A stretch of 64,000 nt of DNA from Hormiphora californensis (Eukaryota; Animalia; Ctenophora). The DNA lies in assembly GCA_020137815.1 (NCBI GenBank), contig CM035352.1:5208001-5272000 (forward strand), in the 5' to 3' direction. Position 1 is the stretch's first letter. Each line of letters begins with the position of its first letter. Positions 49,301-64,000 of the stretch are shown in pieces. Position numbers and translations under genes: made by a program. The notes below the pieces were generated by a model. That model had not been told where the DNA came from. It made no database searches and saw nothing but the letters and a program-made list of their open reading frames with translations.

Positions 49301-52193
49301 TATATGAACCACAACGCGATCTGCGTTTCTTGCTATTTAATTTGCGGTTTGAATTTGCGAACTTTTGTGAACCAAGATTCAAGAAGTAGGTACAATATTG
49401 TTCTGAACTCGCTCGCACCTCACCATCACATGATAAAATTTAAATCGTTTATGATCTCAATCAAATTGCGGTGAACAACTTGGTTGAATTGTGTTCATAG
49501 CGCGAGTCAACAACTTGAAATTGAGATTATAAATAGAGTTGTAGTGCAAATTTAAATTATTTTCGTACTTACAACATTTGGATGACGAAGGCTTTGTAGC
49601 AGCTTCACCTCGCGCTTTAGATTCTTCCACAGATATGAGTCTTGACGTGCTTTAGACTTGTCTATAATCTTTATCGCAACCTAAAAACAGTGACGTGCTT
49701 TAGACTTGTCTATAATCTTTATCGCAACCTAAAAACAGTTGACGTGCTTTAGACTTGTCTATAATCTTTATCGCAACCTAAAAAACAGTTGATGTTATTG
49801 ATGCGAGCTTCAGCCTTGCCCTGTCTGGCGCCGCGACCCATCTGAGCGCACTGTCAAATGGGGTATGGCGCCGCCATACAGGCCTTGCCTTGCTCAAACC
49901 TGATCTCTCCTAGAAGGGTCTGAACAACACAATTTTCAAACAATTTCTTCTCTGTGTATGCACGATACAACAAGAAAGTCTTCTGATATTATACTCCCGT
50001 TTATTCATTCTTATATATCGTTTCTTTATACGTATGATATTGGTCGTACATTAAATTTAACAGCTCTGTAGCATGTAAAATGTGGTTAGTGGGAGGTCTA
50101 TCTCTCATACTGCTTCTTGCAGAACGCTCATCCACTGAGCGGGCCGTATACACAAAACAGGCCAATCATGTTGAGAGCAACCAGGCTGTAACGGCACAAC
50201 CCGCCGCTACGGGATCAGCCAATGATAGCAATGCTACGGGATCGGATGAGGAAAATTCAAAGAATGAGGATGATGGTGGTGATTCAGCGCATCCTGTCGT
50301 GTATAGGGACCCCTGGGAGTTACCACCCTGGCTGTCATGTTTTAAACCTGCCACCTACCTGGAAACCACCATGCGTACTGTGAAGACCTACACGGGAACT
50401 GATCTGACCCAATGTGCCGAGTACTGTATTGTGGATAACAAGTGTTCCTACGTCACGTTCCACCTACTGACAGGGAGGTGTGATATCAGGACCATGATGT
50501 GGTTTGTCAGCGAGATTGGGAAGGCGCTGGAGATACAGAAGGCGAGTGTATTAACCGCTAACCGGTTCTGTATCAAAGGCCGTCAGCCGACATGCACCCT
50601 GACAATCACTAAAATGGTTGCTGAGAGCCAAAAACGCAGCCTTAATCTGATGTACGAGGGGAGTATTGATAACCGCGGGCAGGTCATCCAGAAGTGCTTG
50701 AATCGAGATGAAGCCAACTCAACTGGTATCAAATGGGGCACCTGTGACAAGAATGCCGGGGTTTGGAAGTTCACCATTGTCGGCCCCGGGGAGTTAAACA
50801 ACACTCTTCACGATGCTACCTTACAGGCTCGTCTAGAAGGAACTGATCTCTGTATGGCACACATCATCAACCCCCAGTCAGAGGATGACACAGTGGTTAC
50901 CCTGGAAACCTGCCAGAATCCACCACCCAGGTCCCAGGAGTTCTTGGTCGAATCACATCACTGCCAGTTCACGTTTAACATATTACCCACTAACGTGACG
51001 GATATAAGTGGCCTGATCATGGAGGCACATGCTCCCTTATCTGGGAGCTTGGTGGTGATATCACCAGCTGTGGTGCGGGATGAGAGAAGACCATGCCCCG
51101 GGACCTTGGAGCCCCAGTACGGAGTGCTGCGGGGTAATGTTAGCGCTGTGGACACCATCATGGCGGGTATGACAGTGGAGATAGAATGCCCGGGAAGGGA
51201 ATTCATCTACATGAGCAGGTGTAATGATACCATTCTGACACCCCTTATTGAATGTAATGATACGGGTGTTGTTCTAGAGGTAGAACAAGGAGATAATATC
51301 TCAGATATACCGGTGTATATCGTTTACACCTCGTTTGGCCTCAGTTGTCTCTTCGTGGTTGGTTTGCCGGTAATTGGCGCAGTTGTTCTCGGTAAAATCA
51401 TTGCGGAGCGGAAAATCTCGGCAACAACCCCATAAACTAAACTCTACAGCGTTGTTGAGTATTACCCCTCAACTACTGCAGTGTGGTAGAAAAACAGTAG
51501 AAATAACATGAAACAAAAATCAGGACTCTTGTCTCGTATTTGAAAGACAAATCGAACACGATCAGTGACGGATATAATATATATCTTACATGTTTCATTC
51601 ACTAAATTGCTGGTTCAATAATAATATGTTGCTTGATCAATTACCTTTTCCCCTGTTAGAACATGAAGTCCCTCCTTGACCTTAGCAAATGCTCCCTCAC
51701 CTATAGTTTTTCCAATCAGATAGTTCCCAATCCTCTTCTTGCTGAAACATTGGAATCATTATTGGTGGGGAGGAGAGTGTATTATAGGGGTTGGTATAAG
51801 TTGATCTACCGAACCCACACAGTGGAGAGAAGAAAACAACAAAACCAAAGATAAGTGGAGAGAAAAAACAACCAAACCAAAGATAAAGAGTGGGTAGTGG
51901 GTAGGTTCGAGGAAGAGACAATCAAATAGAGACCGACAAGACCAGAAACTGTTGTTCTAAGACAGCTTGTTATTTGTACACCCACTACAGTTGCATGCTC
52001 AGTACGCCTGCAGCTGGGGGCCACCACTGCCACTCTCAAGTTTAACATGCCTGTTATAGGAGAGGACCACCTCCCTCGGTATCTTGTAGACAGCATTGGG
52101 CACTGTTTCCACTGCAGTCTGGGTTGACACCCCAGTATTAGCTAGAGGGCCCGGGGGTACCACGGGGGTGGAGGTTTGGGTAGCAACTACCAT
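46386..52193 (-). CDS. HUNK: HUNK-like (AMPK/SNF1-related) Ser/Thr kinase
   Basis: Exons 52193-52051, 51741-51645, 49680-49573, 49124-49000, 48796-48545, 48327-48200, ~48015-47867, ~47610-47489 and ~47212-46386: [35 protein letters not shown]...HRDLKVEN...DFG...TQCGSPAYAAPELL...LPFKVRPFNLKKLYQKM. Confidence 0.85.
49821..49881. mobile_element. 61-bp MITE with perfect 8-bp TSD
   Basis: TSD GCCTTGCC at 49813-49820 and 49882-49889; imperfect TIR CTGTCTGGCGCCGC / GCGCCGCCATACAG. Confidence 0.75.
50080..51435 (+). CDS. Intronless type I membrane protein (signal peptide, PAN/apple-like, ricin-B-like, sushi-like, TM), nested antisense in HUNK intron 2
   Basis: 451-aa ORF with an N-terminal hydrophobic signal; CAEYC..DNKCSYVTF..GRC (PAN-like); KCL..WKF..LCM..VTLETC..SQEF (ricin-B-like); C-terminal TM. 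Domain names come from motif pattern only. Confidence 0.8.
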   Translation: MWLVGGLSLILLLAERSSTERAVYTKQANHVESNQAVTAQPAATGSANDSNATGSDEENSKNEDDGGDSAHPVVYRDPWELPPWLSCFKPATYLETTMRTVKTYTGTDLTQCAEYCIVDNKCSYVTFHLLTGRCDIRTMMWFVSEIGKALEIQKASVLTANRFCIKGRQPTCTLTITKMVAESQKRSLNLMYEGSIDNRGQVIQKCLNRDEANSTGIKWGTCDKNAGVWKFTIVGPGELNNTLHDATLQARLEGTDLCMAHIINPQSEDDTVVTLETCQNPPPRSQEFLVESHHCQFTFNILPTNVTDISGLIMEAHAPLSGSLVVISPAVVRDERRPCPGTLEPQYGVLRGNVSAVDTIMAGMTVEIECPGREFIYMSRCNDTILTPLIECNDTGVVLEVEQGDNISDIPVYIVYTSFGLSCLFVVGLPVIGAVVLGKIIAERKISATTP

Positions 52194-52425
52194 ATGTTTT
52201 GCAAGATGCCAGAACGCGACAAGCAGAGAGCGAGGATTGCAAATATTTTAGTATCAATCAAAGGAGAGATGACAAGTAGTACAGAGGACCTGTGCTCAGG
52301 TCACGTGATCCCTCTAAAGTGCTTGATACACGAGTACACCTGATAAACACGTGTGGCTCTATTGTCTTGTGGCTTTTAAATTGCTTGTGCTGCTCCTCCG
52401 CAGGTGGAGTGGGATCTGACGGGTG

Positions 52426-52427
<2 letters not shown>

Positions 52428-52519
<92 letters not shown>

Positions 52520-52523
52520 AGAG

Positions 52524-52603
<80 letters not shown>

Positions 52604-52618
52604 CTCTCTCTCTCTCGC

Positions 52619-52658
<40 letters not shown>

Positions 52659-52720
52659 GCTCTTAGCTTCTCCCTCTCTCTCTTCTTCTCAGTTCTCCGC
52701 TTCTCTTCTCTCTCCCTCTT
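52428..52720. repeat. Abutting (GA)n/(CT)n tracts
   Basis: GA tract switches directly to CT tract at 52600/52601. Confidence 0.9.
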
Positions 52721-53269
52721 TGGCCGAGCGAAGAGAGGCAGATTACACTGACATAGAACGATATTCCCATGTGGGTTCTCTGTACCTCCTCTTCTCATGT
52801 GTCCCCCCTTTGTCAGTCTTTTTCTCGGTTTTAGATACAGAGAGACGGCCTTTCTGTAAACAGACTGTATCAATCATTCCATACAGCTGTATAAGTGCGT
52901 GTTAAGATAGAGATAGGAGATAGAGAATGAAACATCTAAAGATAGAGAATTGTGTGTTTTAACAAAACAAACCTACTTGACGCGGCTGAGCTGGTCTCTT
53001 AATGAAGGAAGATCAGAGAGATGACATCACTATCTCTTGATAATGGTACATTGTATCCACTTTAGCATGTTCTACATCAGCTCTATACGATCTGGAAGCA
53101 GTGTTTATCGTGGATTCCGTCACTCAGTTGTCACCTGCAGTAGAAGTGAGATTTAGGAGGGTATTGTGCTGTTGAACAATACAAGGAGGGTAATGCTAGG
53201 TGTAAGAGATGATAAATCGGTAGGGAGATGATAAACCCACTAATTGACCGGTTATGTGTTATGTTTATG

Positions 53270-53766
53270 ATAAGTCATGGAAATGTTGTCAAAAACAGCC
53301 CGAACCTAGAAATCATTAAGGGCAAGCTAATTTTTGCACAATCCGATAGTCAATAGGCCCCTGAACCACCAAAAAAAGTCCCAAGCCCAACTCCTGGGGG
53401 AAGTGCCCCTAATTGGCCCTAATTGATTACAGTGTGTTTGTAACCATCAATTAAATCGTAAATCGTCTTAGGAAAGGAGTAGAGGGAAAACCGAGAGCAC
53501 TAAAGTGCTCAGCGTCCTCGAATTAGTGGGGGTAGGTGATGGAATTAAGTCTCTATCGCATCTGGTTAATTAGATAATTGGATAATTAGTTCCGCACATA
53601 GCCGTTTTTGGCCATATGGCTATAGCCACTTGGGAATGGTTAAGAGACTGTTCACTGGTGCCATTTTGTAGGCAATGGCTAAGTTATGGGGGGTCGTGGT
53701 CGGACTTTTAAACTCTATCTCCAACCGTTTAGCCGTTATTTGGATTCAAAGGTGCTGAAAATGAGA
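53270..53766 (+). mobile_element. Interspersed repeat copy B
   Basis: High-identity reverse complement of 33867-34367. Confidence 0.75.
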
Positions 53767-54020
53767 GAGAGATTTTGATTTTCTTGAAGTATGGTGAAGT
53801 TGAACAATAATAATTGTTTCCTCTCACCCAATCTCTTTCTTTAAAATAAATTTCCCTGCGTAGGTATTTAATCAACGAAAATCTAGAATGAGTCCTTGAT
53901 ATTGATACCCCACTAAAGCAAGTGTCCTTCAAAAATTGTTCTGTATGACACCCCGGCATGACCCATTATATTCTTGGTAAAATCCTGGCCAGGATTCCAA
54001 AGTGATCCAGCAGGGCCTCC

Positions 54021-62993
<8,973 letters not shown>

Positions 62994-64000
62994 CTAGGAG
63001 GGAGGGAATTGAAATGTTCAATGATGATTGGTTGAAATCTACCAATATTATATCATTCGATATACCAATCAAGTATACCAATTTGTCATAAAGAAAAGAA
63101 AGAGCGAGAGAGAAGGAATATTCCTTGAGAAAGATCTCGAGAGAGAGAGGGAGAGAGAATGGGAGAAAAATGTGTGACGGGCGATTGCCTCTGGGAAAGG
63201 AGCAATATTTCCAATTTTCAGCGACTATTGCTAGTGGACAAAACCACTATAAATGCCATGGTCATACTTAAAAATATAGGGCAAGAGAGCTGAGAGAGAA
63301 AGAGAGAGGGGGGAATGGAAGGTGACAGAAGACGGGGAAGAAAGTTTTGCTATATAATCGGTGATCCGATCACCCCAATTTGATAGTGTCTTAAATGGTC
63401 ATCCATATCAATAGATTTATAGCCTCACTTTATAACTCTATTCCAACAATTTTCTAATCCGGAAACCCCCAGTCTAAGTTTCAACGGGGCGTCTAACAAG
63501 TAGTTTTCTTGACAGATATTTAACAGCAGTTTGTCTCCCACCCTCAGCTCTGTCAAAGCTTCAACTCAGTAGACGTCTTGTAAATATCTGATGATCATGA
63601 TGCATATTATAAAAGCAGAATGAATTGAGAGCCCATTGAGAGATATAAGTAGCTTATCTGTCTCTGCTTAACTATTTCAATCTCTCTATACTATCCCCCT
63701 CTCTCTCGTAGGTGCCAACTAGAAAGTGAATCTTGAATAATATCCCACTTTTTTCTGATCTAGCGAATCCAACAGCGTGATAGCTTGTACTTAGAAATAC
63801 AGAATAGAGGGGATATATATGCGTTGTCACGCGTTGTCAGCGATTTTATAAAAAGAGACATTGGTTATTGGTTATGGCTATGTGGCACCTCTCCCTACGA
63901 GTTTATTATGTTTGTGAGAAATTTTAGCTTACTTTGCCAAATATCCCTTACATCTCGTCCGCTATGCGAAAGGATAAAATATTGTATGTTTCAAAGTGTA

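Overview
Eukaryotic, intron-containing, microsatellite- and MITE-rich genomic DNA. It is most likely from a pleurobrachiid ctenophore (Hormiphora/Pleurobrachia): a 42-nt match to the ctenophore spliced leader (SL), as I recall it, sits at 14348-14389. Genes: a multi-exon rhodopsin-type GPCR (partial), a frameshifted LDLa-repeat GPCR, CLP1, UBE2QL1-like E2, a VIT1/CCC1-family iron transporter hosting a nested antisense GPCR and a 28-bp satellite, a HUNK-like kinase hosting a nested antisense PAN/ricin-B/sushi-like membrane protein, and a plant-type phospholipase D (partial). Mobile DNA: a full-length CR1-group LINE with intact ORF2, a decayed RLE-clade (HERO-like) retrotransposon fragment, a non-autonomous Helitron, a tandem Crypton-like dimer and many MITEs. 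The strongest observation is that the LINE begins exactly with the SL exon, which implies its RNA was trans-spliced before integration. The LINE also has a -1 slippery ORF1/ORF2 overlap, and its ORF1 is interrupted by a poly-G/poly-C-ended element with a ~6-bp TSD whose architecture recurs at 61 kb. Scattered single-base frameshifts and a homopolymer-stuttered zone (about 32.3-33.7 kb) point to assembly errors.
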